Source of the DNA: Nephila pilipes | Taxonomy: Eukaryota | DNA: 48,876 nucleotides | Direction of reading: 5' to 3' | Assembly (NCBI GenBank): GCA_019974015.1 | Contig: BMAW01057368.1 | Location: forward strand, 103,751-152,626 | Shown: positions 13,300-26,838 of the stretch, piece by piece | Position numbering within the stretch: position 1 is the stretch's first letter | Layout of the letters: each line of letters opens with the position of its first letter | The notes under the pieces: generated by a model | Told to the model about the DNA's origin: nothing | Database searches by the model: none | What the model saw: the letters and a program-made list of their open reading frames with translations, nothing else | Made by a program: the position numbers and the translations under genes

Positions 13300-14340
13300 A
13301 ATGCTTACAGAAACTGTAACCATTTCTGTTTCCCCCACGGGCCAGGGGGTGGGAAGTGCAATTTTGGTCTCTTATAAATAATTTAATATCAGTGAAGGAT
13401 TGAATTACTATGGAGAAAAATTCTATGCTGTTTTTAATGGTTGAAGCCATTTAGTTGTTTTGTACGCAAAATTTTGTTTATTATTTGTGTCGGTAAATAT
13501 GGTCTGCGCTCTGATTAAGGGATTTGCTTGCTTTTTGATAGAGAGAAAAGTGTTTCTAGATAGTTTAGTGATTAAACGATCAATATTTTCTATTTGAAGG
13601 TCATTATGTATGACCGAATTTCTAACGTACCATGGAGCGTTGGTGATTATTCTAAGAATTAAGTTTTGTAAGGTTTGGATGTGTTTGAGGTGGGTCGGGG
13701 CTGCGTGCCCCCAAACAGGGAGGCATAGGTAATAACTGGGCTTAAAATCTACTTGAAGAGAAGAACTTTATTTTTGAGTGAAAGTGGAGAATGTCTGCCA
13801 ATTAAAGAGATGCAAAGGTGAATTTTATTCCAAAACTTGTCTTTTAAATATTTGATGTGCTTTGCATATGTTAATTTCTGATCAAGGTGCAGACCCAGAT
13901 ATTTGACCACCATTACCCAGTTGATAATTTCATCAAAGAGATTTAGGTTGCTTGTAGGGTTTTGTCTTCCTTTATGGAAGAAAATTGCTTGCGATTTTTC
14001 GACGTTTATTTCGATTCTCCAATGAGTTAGCCAATTCTCTAGGATGTCAAGATAATTTTGCATTGTTTTTAAGGTGATTTTGATGTTGTAGTCCTGGGCC
14101 AACGCCGTGGAGTCATCTGCAAAGAGGCAAGTAGTAACAGTGGTATGGTGTGGAAAGTCATGCATGTACAAATGGGGCGAGAGGACCCCACCCTGGGGCG
14201 TTCCCGCTTGAATTTCTCCAGGGCTGGAGTGTGAATGATTAATTCTGGCTTTAAAAGATCTATTTTTTAGGAAGTTGTTAATAAGAAAAATGATATAGTT
14301 GGGGAATTTAAGTTTAATTTGTAGGTGAGGGCGTCATGCC
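13300..14340 (-). mobile_element. 5'-truncated jockey/CR1-like LINE fragment (RT C-terminal part) inside an MVP intron
   Basis: ORF 13749..14171 (-) reads ...LFADDSTALAQ...WLTHWRIEINVEKSQAIFFHKGRQ...VKYLGLHLDQKLTYAKHIKYL.... This is the FADD RT motif C plus the conserved KYLG(V)xLD downstream block of jockey-like LINE RTs. The flanks are locally GC-rich relative to the AT-rich intron. Confidence 0.6.
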
Positions 14341-14568
14341 ACATTTTACCAAAGGCTCTTCTTACTAAAACAAATAAAAGATTTTAATTTAGTACAAAAT
14401 ATATTTCTATAAGATAGGAATATTGACTTTTAATTTTTCACCATATTTTATCTGTTTATTCTGTTTTCTTAAAATTGGAATGAAAAAAAATTCTATGTGA
14501 ACTTCATTATTTATAATTTTTAAGCTTTTTATTTACAATTATTAAATAGCATTTATATTTATTTCCAG

Positions 14569-14718
14569 CCTATTAACCGTAATCCTGGAGATCGTTGGAT
14601 GATTAAAGGCTCTACTGAATACATTCCACCAACTGAAGTAGAAATTATCACTAAACGATATGCTATTGCTCTAGATGAAAATGAAGGAATATATGTTAGA
14701 AATATTAAATCTGGACAA
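14569..14718 (+). CDS. MVP: MVP exon [50 protein letters not shown]
   Basis: Acceptor AG at 14567-14568 and donor GTGAGT at 14719. Matches human [45 protein letters not shown]. Partly covered by ORF 14599..14787. Confidence 0.9.
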
Positions 14719-15442
14719 GTGAGTGTTGATCAGCAGTTCTTGTTTGTTAAAATAAGGAATATTCGAATTGTTAATTTTTGGTTTTAGAAACAATTTGAAA
14801 CTATCGTAAGATGTCAAACAAAATCTTTATAATACATGCTAAGGTGAAGAAAATTTTTATGAACAGTGAATTTTTTTAAATTGTATTTATTAAGATTGTG
14901 TTTAATGCTTTCACTGAAACCCAGTTGTCATGGTGGCCAATTTAAGGCTAGCAAAATTCAAATTTAGTTCTAACTGTGTTAAAACACCATATTGCTGAAA
15001 GATGGGGGGAGGGGGCTGTTACATGTTAACTTAATCTAGAACTTATAATCCTCACATGACATAGTGTGAAAGTAAAGAGTGAGGTACCTATTAAGGCATG
15101 TATAGTTATTAATAGAATACTAATTTTGAATGATTGCTTAAAATTGCAAGCTTTATAGCCAATAGCCTTGATCTTGTTTTAATATAATGTGAATTTTAAT
15201 GAAAAACACAAGTTACATTTATTTCAGTTTAAAAATATTTCTAAGTTCATTTTATAATTATTATTTGCTAATATTTTCTACTTTGAGTGAGATATATCTT
15301 TTGTCAAATGTTGATCTAAAATCTATTATCTTTTCTGTAAATTTCTGTGTGTTATTGATTTTTTAAAATAATTTGATTATTATGAAAATAATTCTTAATT
15401 TCACATTATTAAGCTCAAAATGCATTGATTGCTTCATCTCAG

Positions 15443-15705
15443 GTTCGTCTTATTTCTGGTTCTACCTACATGCTTAATCAAGATGAAGAATTGTGGATCA
15501 AGGAATTGCCACCCCAAGTACAAGAACTTCTAAACATGGGTCATGACCCTTTAAGTGATAGAGGTTCTTGGAGATTAAAGGCAGATACTGCTCATTTCAA
15601 ACAAAAAGCTTCAAAATCTGAAGAGGAAGGAGCTAGAGCAATTACTCTAAGAGTTCCACACAATGCAGCTGTCCAAATATATGATTATAAGCAAAAGAAA
15701 TCAAG
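15443..15705 (+). CDS. MVP: MVP exon [87 protein letters not shown](R)
   Basis: Acceptor AG at 15441-15442 and donor GTAAAA at 15706. The split AG| codon is completed by A at 16267. Matches human [42 protein letters not shown]...[23 protein letters not shown]. Covered by ORF 15425..15709. Confidence 0.9.
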
Positions 15706-16266
15706 GTAAAAAATTTTGAAAATGATTTTGTATATTTTTTGAACTTCTAGTATATATTTGCCATTGCCAAAACTATTATTTTTTTTTTAATGCTGGAAGG
15801 CATGAGTGGGCTTTTTGTTATTCATATTGGATGACATTCTTTAATTTTTATAGTAAAATATCATTCAAAAAATTCTGTGATATATTAAAAAAATGAATTT
15901 TCTAAAATTCATATTTCATAATGTTTATTATAATTCTAATAATGCTTATTGATTTCTGATAAGCTTGAATATGAGGAAACTGAAGTAATCTATTCATGGC
16001 AAAATTATATATGCTTAGAAGAATTCCAAGAAGGTTGGTTTTATAATATATAGCAAAAAGACTACCAGACAATATTGTTTTGTTTTTGGATAAATTGTTA
16101 TAATTTCAATTTAATTATTCATTTTTGTACAGCTGGTATTGAATATTTCTATAATATATATGCTTAGTATTTTAAGTTTATTTTTTAAAAATTTTAATTG
16201 ATTTTGATTATGTATAATTCAGTATCTTGTCATTTTAATTCATACAAAGTTTTTCATTAATTTTAG

Positions 16267-16464
16267 AGTTTTATTTGGTCCAGATCTTGTTATGTTAGCA
16301 CCCGATGAACAATTTACACAACTTAGCCTATCTGGTGATAAACCAAAGAGACCAAATGTTATTAAAACTCTATGTTTGCTTTTGGGGCCTGATTTTTGCA
16401 CGGATATCATCACTGTTGAAACTGCTGACCATGCCAGACTTTCCTTGCAGCTTTCGTACAATTG
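16267..16464 (+). CDS. MVP: MVP exon (R)[65 protein letters not shown](W)
   Basis: Acceptor AG at 16265-16266 and donor GTTTGT at 16465. Matches human [67 protein letters not shown]. Covered by ORF 16292..16507. Confidence 0.9.
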
Positions 16465-17162
16465 GTTTGTTGCTATTTTCTTAATTGTATTAATTTTTTT
16501 CTACTAATATTTATTAGCATAGCAAGCATTTAATTTTTTCATTAAATAATAGATTTTTAGTGTTAAATGCTTTTAAAAATAATGTATTTTATTATTTTAA
16601 ATAATTTAGAAATAAAAATTATAAATATTTAATTGCTGTTAACGTTTCAGACGTTGTCATTTTATCGCAAGTTATGGATTATGTAATCATATGTAAGTCT
16701 TTGGTAGATGAATAAATACATTGCAAGAAATAAATTCTTATATTTCTAACAAATGATATACGATTTAATTACATTGAAGTGAAGTAATGTGTGTGATATG
16801 GATTACATATTGATCTGCAGGTTTTCATATGGATTTTGTGAGATGACAAAAATTGTATGACAGGAAACAATTACAGTTTCAGGAACTAAGTGAATACTAA
16901 ATTGATGATCTTTTCAAATGAAGATACTTGATTTTTTCCTCCCAATATTTATATTAGTCACCAACATGGTTGATTAACCTGGGTGTGGGTCATCTATTTC
17001 CTTTCATCCCTTTTTTTTGAACCATTTAAAAACCTAAATGCTTGAGAAGCATTCATTACCATATATTTCTTTTCACTAAGGATGAGTTTCAGTGATGGCT
17101 TTTCCAAATTTCATAGGAAATTTCACATTAACATGTTGCCATTTTGAAATCTTCAATTTTTT

Positions 17163-17290
17163 TTTTTTTTTCTGATGGGCTGTGGATGCATAGTTCAATA
17201 CAAATGAAAGCCGGGGACAAACTAAGGGGGTCCACAGTGGGGTTTGAAGGCTAGAATGGGAAGATGAGGTGTCGTTGGACTGGGTCATGT
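17163..17290 (-). mobile_element. Poly(A)-terminated retroposon fragment, possibly a 5'-truncated SINE relative
   Basis: A GC-rich block (ggtgtcgttggactgggtca..ggggtccacagtggggtttgaagg) ends, in minus sense, in A15 (plus-strand T run 17155-17172). It partly resembles the SINE 3' module (aggtgtcgtcctcgtcacttgacc). Confidence 0.25.
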
Positions 17291-18364
17291 CTTGTTTGAT
17301 CTTGTGAAAATAAAATATTGATCAGGAACAGTGGCATGATAGTAACAAGAAAAGCTATACTCATTATGGCTCGTGCACTGTTTGTCTGTAGATTGATCAG
17401 TTCGTTTATTTTTATTACATTTTAGCCACCTCCTGTAGATTAACATAACTCATTGCATTTCACAAAGAAAAATACAAAATTATGAGTGAGTAAGAGGAAT
17501 TTATTGTACTAGATAGGTAAAATTGCAAAAATTGATAATTTTATTACATTTAAAAATGGATATTTACTATATAATCTATTAAAACATTACATGGATTTTG
17601 AAATACCTTATTGATCACTTAAGGTATTAAATTACTTATGAAATGTTGATAATGTTCTTGTTTTAATTATAACTCTATATTATATGCTTCTTCATTTTGA
17701 TACGTGTAGTTAAATCCTATGGGATATGATGGCATTTCTCTATTTCTAGTTATCATAATAGTTATGTTTTCTTAGAAATAAATCATTGTTGTTTATTAAG
17801 GTAGCTTGTAACCAGTCTGTTTTATACTACCAGGAAAAACTTAAGCAAATTATCTGAAAATCTCTGTGGCTATTTAAAAAATACCACCTTTCCTACCATG
17901 TTACTCTATTCACTGGGGTAGGAATGTGTTATTCATATGCTTTTCTTATTCATGTAGAAAATCTGTTCTGTTATTTTTAATGTACAGTTGCCACTATCTA
18001 GTGATTTGAAGGGTCTGTTATTTTATGCAATGCAAGTAGCACTGAAGTATTTCTTGCCTCTATATTCTACAAATATATTTGTCTTTTCTAAAACATAGCA
18101 CTTGTGCATTCTCATGTCACAATACAAGATTTTAAAATGTTTGAAATATTCTTTGTTTACATAGTCATAGCACATATTTGTATTGTGAACATTGAAGACT
18201 TGACTGAGAATATAAATATAAATTTTCAAAATCTGAGGAATTATTTGAATTACCATGTATTAATTTTTTTTTTTTCCATAAGAAAAAATTCACAGCAGTT
18301 TGAATATCAATTTTAACAGTATAATATTTTTCTTAATTTTAATGTCTTTATTTCATGCTTTAAG

Positions 18365-18506
18365 GTACTTTGATGTTGGTGATAAAAGCCCTCAAGCATC
18401 TGCTAAACTATTCAGTGTTCCAGATTTTATTGGTGATCTTTGTAAAGCAGTAGCTTCTAGAATTCGTGGCTCTGTAGCTGGAACAAATTTTGATGATTTT
18501 CATAAA
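18365..18506 (+). CDS. MVP: MVP exon (W)[47 protein letters not shown]
   Basis: Acceptor AG at 18363-18364 and donor GTATGT at 18507. Matches human [48 protein letters not shown]. Covered by ORF 18300..18557. Confidence 0.9.
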
Positions 18507-18995
18507 GTATGTACTGCAAAAATATTAACCACAATTTTTAATCTTTTAAAATGTTGATGAATTTGTCGTGTTGTGATGTGTAATATTTAAAAAAAAAAAA
18601 TTAAACTTAAAAAATGATAGAAAAATATGTTGGCTACATTATTGAATAAAGTTTATTATTTAAACATTTAAGAAATAAAAAAAACTAATTGGCGACACCA
18701 CATTTTTAAAGAATGTTGGATGGCAACTGAAAAAGAAGGATGGATTTTTTTAGATGTGAAAGATAGTAAGAATTGTTCTTATAAATTTGTGTATGTATTT
18801 ATGTTGAAAAATGTCTATCCAAAATAAATGTGATGTCTACCATAAAATATCATCTTTCTTCGTATATCTGTAATACTGTACATTAAAATTAATTTGGAGA
18901 TTCCAGTGAGATATTGGTAAATTTAGGAGTGCTTATCTAATTGCTGCTTCAAGTCTCCTGAGTTACTTTGTTTAAAATAAAAAATTGGTTAAAGT

Positions 18996-19160
18996 CGGGA
19001 ATAGGGTTTCCCCTAGGCAATAGGCAACTTTTGGGAGTAATAATAAGCGTGGTGATTTAGGTCATGATAACCCCAAGCATACTCAACGCTTTAGTCATGC
19101 ATGTTTGGCAACCTATCTAGGAAGTTACCAAGTTTCATTGCCTAGCAGATACCCTATTCC
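18996..19160 (+). mobile_element. MITE-like palindromic element copy 1, terminal inverted repeats GGGAATAGGGT...ACCCTATTCC
   Basis: About 165 bp with inverted termini gggaatagggtttcccctaggcaa ... ttgcctagcagataccctattcc. Non-coding. Near-identical to the reverse complement of 44637-44781. Confidence 0.6.
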
Positions 19161-19589
19161 TGCCTTTAACTTGAATTTTAAATTTATTTGTAGTTGTCCA
19201 GCAGAAATTTACTTTTGCCAAATTTTGTATGTGTGGTAGAAATTGTTATATGATAGTGGATGCGTGTTTTACTCCAAGCACCATTTTTGGCCTATTTTCT
19301 ATGCTATTGTTCTTCTAAAGTTATAATCTGAGATTATTTAATTTCTTTTTCAAGATGTGATTTTTTTTTAGCAAATGATTTTTGCTATTTACAGAAGAAG
19401 GATTTATCTATTTTTATCTTATGATACATTAATTATATTTTATTATTTTATATGCTCCTTATATACTCTCTTTATGCAAGTCTAAGTAAGATAGTAATTG
19501 TGGACAATAATAAAAAGTATAAAAGATTAAAGTCCAGTATTGGGTGCTCTGGGATGATTGTGGGAAAAAAATTGGGGACTTTGAAGAAA

Positions 19590-19720
19590 GATTGCCAAAG
19601 TAGCTCTAAGTAAGAAGTAACTCCATGAAAACGTTGAAAATGAAAAGCTGACCAAAATTTAGGGTTACCATGACTTAAATTGCTATATTTAATTTATCAC
19701 ACCCAAAAGTTGATACAATG
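19590..19720 (-). mobile_element. Partial copy of the same MITE-like family
   Basis: ..ttgccaaagtagctctaagtaagaag...gggttaccatgacttaaattgc...cacccaaaagttgat aligns with 44660-44770 (ttgccaaagatgtgtgacttaagc...gggttaccatgacctaaatcgcc...cccaaaagtcgtc). Confidence 0.45.
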
Positions 19721-20116
19721 GGAAGAATTGTATAATATATACAATGGAAGTTGTAAACTGGCAATGTTTTTTTTAAAATTCTCGCCAATTAGGTTTAGTA
19801 TAATTATACTCTTTTGCCAAATTGATTTAACAATTCTCGCCAACTAGATAGTATAAATTTGAGTTATGGCACATTGTCGTAGATTTTATAAGGTAATTTG
19901 ATTTATGCATGGTTGTATTGTAATATATATATATATCATTGAATGTGTTTATTATTGCTTGGGTAACAAATTGGTGAATTTTTGGAGGTTATTACAATTT
20001 GTAATTTTCAAGATTAATACTATATGATGTACATTTAAGGTACTTTGAATCATTTTAATCATATTTCTATTGTATTTTATTGGTAAAAATATTTTAGAAA
20101 ATTTTCAAAAATAATT

Positions 20117-21310
20117 TTGAATAAACATGGTAAAATCCAAACAATACCTGCTTTTCAATTGATAGAAAATACTCTAATCCAATTTAAGTTCTATGGAATT
20201 TCACATAGACAAACTAAAATACAAAAAGAAGGATTTGATAAAATGTTTAAACACAAGGTAATTGAAATAGGAGATTCAGATTACACCTCACCTATGATTT
20301 TAGTTGAAGTAGTCTGGAAGAGGTTCTAGAGATTATAGAAAGTTGAATAATTTGACGAAAATGCAATTCTTCCTTTTTCCAAATATAGAATGGGTAGAAA
20401 CTGTAGCAGTTGTAAAATACATATGTTTTAAATTTTACAGAGAGCTACTAGCAAATAATATTAACGCCAAATGACCAAAGATTTAGCAACTTTTATTACA
20501 TATTATGGAACATTTAGACCTCTTCTTATGCCTTTTGGAATTAAAATATATTTTCCTTTAGTAAAAAGATGACTAAACTTCTTCACCGATGTGAATGCCT
20601 TGCATTCCCCTATTAGATGTAGCAATTTATTCAAATACATGGGAGGTATATCTTTATCACCTGAATACTGTTTTGAAGAAAATAAAGGAGACTGACTGGC
20701 TAAACTGTTAGACCCATAAATTTGCTCAAAATAGAGTTAGTACTTTGGACACATTGTAGGTCATAATATTAGAATATCTAACGAAGTGAAAGTTGCCCTG
20801 GATTTTCCAGTGCCAACTACAAAAAGTCAAGTAGGGAATACTTAATGTTAGCTGGATATTATAATCATTATATTCATATATTCTCATCTATAGTAGCATG
20901 TGTAGCAGAAACCCTGAAAAAGAAATTCGTAGCTTAGTTCATTCTTTTGTCAAATGTAAATTTAACAGATGAGTACAACTAAGCTTTTGAAGAATTATAG
21001 GAAAATTATTTTCACAAGCCCAGATCCATATCGAATTTCACCTAGGAATTTATTCTACAAACAAGCATTTCAAATTTTGATATTGCTGTAATTTTAGCTC
21101 TATATGATAAACAAATCGAAGAACATCCTGTATTGTATCTCAGTAAGAAGCTTTCTAAAACTGAGAAGAGTTATTCTACTACACAAAAAGAGAGCACAGC
21201 CATAATATTTGCTGTAAAGAAATTACAATATTATTTGGATGGGCACACTAAATTTTTTTCATCAAATACCATAATTCCTTAATTTAGCTCAAAAATATTA
21301 CAAGTTTGTT
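20117..21310 (+). mobile_element. Degenerate Ty3/gypsy- or BEL-like LTR retrotransposon pol fragment (RT plus RNase H), multiple frameshifts and stops
   Basis: ORF 20117..20329 reads ...KEGFDKMFKHKVIEIGDSDYTSPMILV, the RT N-terminus (xGxIxPSxSPWxSPxxLV). Downstream frames give DENAILPFSKYRMG...TAFITYYGTFRPLLMPFGIKI (RT motif MPFGLxNAP), LDFPVPTTKSQV (WPxPxxxxxV) and PVLYLSKKLSKTEKSYSTTQKESTAIIFAVKKLQYYLDGHTKFF (RNase H). Confidence 0.55.
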
Positions 21311-21480
21311 TCTGCTACTTTGAGATTGGCACTAGCATTACAGTCTTATAATTATATGGTAGTAAAAATGCAGATGCTTTAAGTTGCACTCCTTGGCCTT
21401 AGTGAAATTTTATTAGAATAGACATTAAACTTATTTAGTTCATATTATTCTGCTTATTATGTTATTTGTAGTATTTCAGA

Positions 21481-21575
21481 TTACCTATGAAATTGTGCTA
21501 TATAAAAATTACATTTAAGCTATTACATAAAAATTACATTTAAGCTATTACATAAAAAATACATTAAGCTATTAC
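21481..21575. repeat. Minisatellite, about 25-bp unit (aaaaattacatttaagctattacat), 3 copies
   Basis: The direct tandem repeat is visible in the sequence. Confidence 0.8.
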
Positions 21576-22248
21576 ATTTCTTAAAAAGTTGTGTATAAAG
21601 TATTGGTATCATCGCTAAAATAATTGCTCATTGATTCAATATTAATTAAATGAATCTATTATGTTTAATGGTGATAACATTTTCAACGATTAAAAATTTA
21701 TCTTATGGTGAAAAAATTGCCTTGTGTAATCACAATTCATTTTCAGTTAACAATTCAAGTCACAAAAAGTAAAAAAGCTCAAATCTCTTACTTAGTCTTG
21801 AAAATAACTGAAAGAAGTAATATATGTTTTTATATTTTTACCCATGTAAATTAGAAATAAATTTCAATAAGATTTGTTTTTAGTATCAACCAAAACTTAT
21901 GCACTTGTTTTTGTAAATTTTTGAAAATATTAAGAATCAAAATTATTAAATATTAATATATGATTTTGTTCAAAAAATATATAAACAAAGTACAAATAAC
22001 ACCTGTAAAAAAAACAAGTTTTTTGAATGTGGGTTTTCATTCAAACTTCACACTTTGCATAATGTAATTTTTTCATACTTAAATTTTAAGAGCAAAAGGG
22101 AACATTGAGTCAAATTAAATTTACTCAATAATTAGTTTTAATAATATATTTTATTATTTGGCATTTATTAAATTTATGATCTAAAATAAATATGTGTAAA
22201 ATTTTTTAGCTCGATTAATCATTGTGGTTTGATGACTTGGCATAAAAT

Positions 22249-22335
22249 TTAATTCTTTAAATAATAAATCTTTAATTCTTTAAATAATAAATAATAAATC
22301 TTTAATTCTTTAAATAATAAATCTTTTTTTATTAT
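22249..22335. repeat. Minisatellite, about 27-bp unit (aataataaatctttaattctttaaat), about 3 copies
   Basis: The direct tandem repeat is visible in the sequence. It overlaps the spurious ORF 22249..22602. Confidence 0.8.
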
Positions 22336-25300
22336 TTGACAATTTTTACTAATTATAATTAAATTATTGTATTGTAATCCAAAATAATCGTGAAGAGAAA
22401 AATTCAGCTCAATTGAGCACATTAAAATGTGAGAAAAATAATTGAAGCAGAAAAATAATTGAAAAAAGAAAAATTCTTTTAAAATGATCAAATTTGATAC
22501 GAAGCTTCTTAATACTACCACTAGATTAGAGTTGTGGTAATTTTCTTGTGTGTGGGGGGAGTGAAAATCAAATCCAACTTGGAGGATAACAACAAATGAC
22601 ACTTCATTCGTAAGTCTTCAGTACAACACAAATTGGACAATAACAGTACAACAAATACACAGCACTAGCACAGTTTAGTGATACAGAAACAGGAAGGAAA
22701 CACACGTTTATTACGGTATAACAGCAATGTTCAGCTTAGTAGTCCTCACTGGAGACCACCTCTGCAGTAATATTCTGCACTTCCAGGGCAGATTCTGTTC
22801 ATTCCCTCAGATACATGTTGTACCTTTGCAAATTCATCTGGCATGCTCCACTTCAAGTGCCAACAACTTTCAGTCGATTCCTGACAGATTTCCACGACAG
22901 ATACTCCAAAGACTAGACTCTGACAGTTCCACTAAATTTAGGCCAAACCTCAAGCAAGATTCACTTGTTCATGATTCTTTGATCGGTCTATAAAGCAGGT
23001 TCCACCGTCAAACTGATTTGGACAAAGATCGATTCCCTGCCTCTCAGACTCAGCTTATTTATATCTCCTGACGTCACATAAGAAAATTGGAGAAAAGTCT
23101 GCAACTTTCTTCCTTATCTGTATTTTGTCCAAGTTCCAGCACCTTCGAGTATTTTCCATTGGTTGCCTAAGTTGCAAAATCCGTCACTAAGGTGAAGGGG
23201 TCATTGCTGTTGACATCACTGTAAATCCATCTTTTCCTTTATTAAAGAAGCGTTACAGAGAAGCATCAACTAATGTGAGGGTCTTCATGTCAGGAGAATT
23301 CTTTCCAGCTGTAGCATTCTTCATTACAATAGGTAAAAGATCTCAAACATAAATCTGCATTAACATATCTTCTTGGCCAAATCTCATTTTCTGTTGTGTG
23401 ATGGCTTTGGGATAATTTTCAGTTCTTATTGGAAAACTTAAAATCAATCTTGCAGCTCTGGAATTAGGTGCCATAGATTGGTATAAGTATTGGAATTTGT
23501 CAATTTTGGGTAAATCATCCAATTTATGAATTTTAGAATAAAATACCCCAAACAGTGAGAAATTCTTTAGGATTACCTTAAAATTTCTTTAATTTAATTT
23601 CAATACGTTCAACTTCTCAGCATTATTCTTTGAAGAACATTCTGGATTAGCTTTGAAATTCCTTTTAAAAAAAGTTCTAATTTGGCATTTAAGTTTCCAA
23701 CAATTATCTGTATAATTATTGGCCTCTTCAAAGTCCTCCAAAACTAAAATATTCATTAACAGCTTGAATATTTTCCAAAAGTAATGAAGATATTTCATAG
23801 AGTCTTTTAAAGGAGAAAATTTATCTCCCAATTGCATACTTAATGAATGCAGCTTGTCAATATCTTTGGCATCAATGTCAAGTATCGCCAAATGTTGAGC
23901 CAAATTCTTTGATGTGGTCATAAATGAAATTTTTAAAGACTTACTTTTCATCTTAAGAGTATCCATATCTTCAATTACAACTCAATTAAAATGTAGCGAC
24001 TATTTTATAGCACTCTTCAAATCGGTGTCTTGTTGCAGATGTTCAAATATTGAAACATTTTACTCAACAATTGACAAATTCAATTAGCAAGAACCTTTAA
24101 ATCTAACAAATTTTTCTCCAATCTAATGAATTACTCAAATCAGTGAAATAGCTAAAATCAATGAATTGGCAATTGTATTTAAAGATAACATTTAATATTA
24201 TTATGTCACATCTGTGAACAAAGTTTCAAAGGACACAGTATTGTAAGATATCACATTAGCTCGTATATGTTTCATCACATCACATTTTCATCACTTCAAA
24301 TTATTCTTTTCTTCATAGCTTCTTCACAAAATCCAACAGGAATTAAATACAAAAAATAAGAGAATTATGCCATTTTATAATTTTAAAAATTAATTTGGTA
24401 TTCAGCTTTTAAGTATGAAGGAATTTTAATTATTTTGAAAATTTAAAAGCACATATTAATTAATTTAATATTCTTAAGAATAAAATTATATATGTGCCTA
24501 CAGATATTTATGCTTAATTTACTGTAAAGAAAGGAACTATATTAACTGTGAAAAAGCTGTGTCTCTCGTCAAAAATATTACTAATAACCCTATTTATTAT
24601 TTACAACTTTTAAATAAGATAATGAAATGATACATCTGGTTTAAATTCTGGGTTAAATTTATTTTGAAAATATATGAATTTATCTATATATCTAAACAAA
24701 GTGAATTTATTGTTGTCTATCAAATTTTGTTCTCAAAAATATTAGTTAATGTTGGCAAGATTATATCCAGCTGGTGTTCTTTTAATTTGTATTTTTTTTA
24801 CTATAAAAATATTTTCTTTTAAAACAAGATTAATAAGATTTTTAAATTTCTCATAAGATCTAGAACTATTAATTTTGTTAAACTTAAAACAGAAGAACAT
24901 TATAATTAAATATTTTATATGTATTGAATTAAGCAAATCTTTAAAATTGTGACTATAAATTAAAGTATCTTTATCATTTACATAGCCAATAATTTCTGAA
25001 CTATTTTTAATAAGTCATCAAAGCAATCTTTTTTTTTTTTTTTTTTTTTGTAAAATATTTTGTAAGATTTTACTTGCTTTAGTAGTGATAGTATTAAAAC
25101 CACTAGTCACATTTCTAAATTTAATAGGTTCTGTACAAAATATATGAATTATGAAGATGTGTGGAAATTTCATAGTATAACCTTTTATTTAAATTGGTAA
25201 TTTTTCTATGATTATTAGGAACTTTAATAAAAGTTTTATTAGTCATATTAACATAGTATGTTTTGTAAATAAAAGGAAATTTACTTTTGACATCATCAAA

Positions 25301-26838
25301 ATAGCAAATAATGAACCTGTAAGTTTTTCACAGAACTTTTTAAATTTCAAAACTTAGTGCTCTCTTTTGTCTTGAATTTCAAATAATTAATATCTTCATT
25401 AATACAATATTTATATTCTGTAAAAGCTTCTGCTGGTAAATTTTATTTAATAGACAAATTAATTTTAAATAATAATGAATGTCTTCATTAATTTTTAATA
25501 TATTATTGTTAAAAATCTTTTATTCATAGTGTCTCTAAGATATTTATCCTAAATATTTAGAATATCTGTAATCACATGTTGGTATTCTTCATTTGTATAT
25601 TCTTTATAATCCTTACAATAACATTCATTATTCCTCTGTAAATCTTCACAATTATTATAATTATACATCCTCCAACCGTATTTTATTAAATTTAGAAGCT
25701 TTTTTTAAATATTAATTAGAAAAAAAATTTATGCTTATTAAGAATATTGTTAAAAATTACCTTGTCAAAGCATTTATTCATAAATCCCAAGCTATATTAT
25801 TCTATATTTTTTTTATCATCATTACTATAATCAATTTTATATTCCTGAACTAAAAATTTACAGGTATCCATAAAAAATATGTATGGAAGAACTATCTATT
25901 TTATTTACAATATTAACAAAGCTTTTGAAATTTTCATTTGTATTTTCTTTACACCAAAAAGAAAATATTTAGAAGTCCTCTTTTCAATATATGTAGTTAA
26001 TGTTAAGGAGTATTTAAATACTCTTAGGGGTAAATGTAACCAAATATTCAATTTTGTACTAAAAACATTGTTGGGTTAACAAGATTGTTAAGTTGATTTG
26101 CTACAAAACTCATTAGACATCTACGTAAAATGGAACTCCTACAAGGATAATAATATTATGAAATGTAAGTAAAGAAATTTAAATTGTTTCGAAACCTTTT
26201 GTATAAATTTATGCAAAATTGCCTTTTGCATCCTCAAATCAATATGATTCTCTATTTGAATATATTTTTGTTCTAACCTGTATGTGATTTTCTGTTTGTT
26301 GTACCAATTTTGCTGTAATTTATTTGGACAATTTTCTCATATCTTAAAAATTAGCAAAGAATTGCAATAAAAAGAATGGTATCAAATAAGTGTATAAAAT
26401 CTTGGTGTTGTGTGTGTGACAAATTCTGATGGTAAATTAATACTTATTAGGAAGATGTTCGAATTGAGTGAAGTAATTTGCTTATATAATTTTAAAATGT
26501 CCAATTTTTTTGGTTATGATTTAGAAAATATTTATAAGTTTAAACTCATATTTAGGTTTAAAAAAGTAGCATGTTGCATTGTTAAATCATTAGAATATTT
26601 TCTTGTATTATATGATTTGGTGTAAAATTTTTTGATTTAGCTGTATTGTTTATAGATACCATGTTGTAAATCCGTTCTGAATATTTTTTTTGGGAAATTG
26701 TGTTGTTTGAATAATCTCTTTAATTCTATAAAGGAATTTATCTTGGAAAAGCAGTATGTTTCTACGACTTGTAAATAATTTTTTTTTAAAAATCTTTTTA
26801 TTGAAAACTTGTATTAAGCATTTTACAATTTCTTTTAG

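Noticed and set aside
21481-22335. CRISPR-like arrays
   Set aside because: The repeats at 21481-21575 and 22249-22335 are plain AT-rich minisatellites of 3 units with no unique spacers, and the context is eukaryotic.
22249-22602. ORF 22249..22602 (−, 117 aa) and similar ORFs at 31382..31621, 18023..18256, 24742..24936, 25879..26079 and 26410..26625 as coding genes
   Set aside because: They lie in extremely AT-rich, low-complexity or tandem-repeat sequence. Their translations are dominated by K/N/I/F/L with no domain-like motifs. They are what A/T-rich DNA produces by chance.
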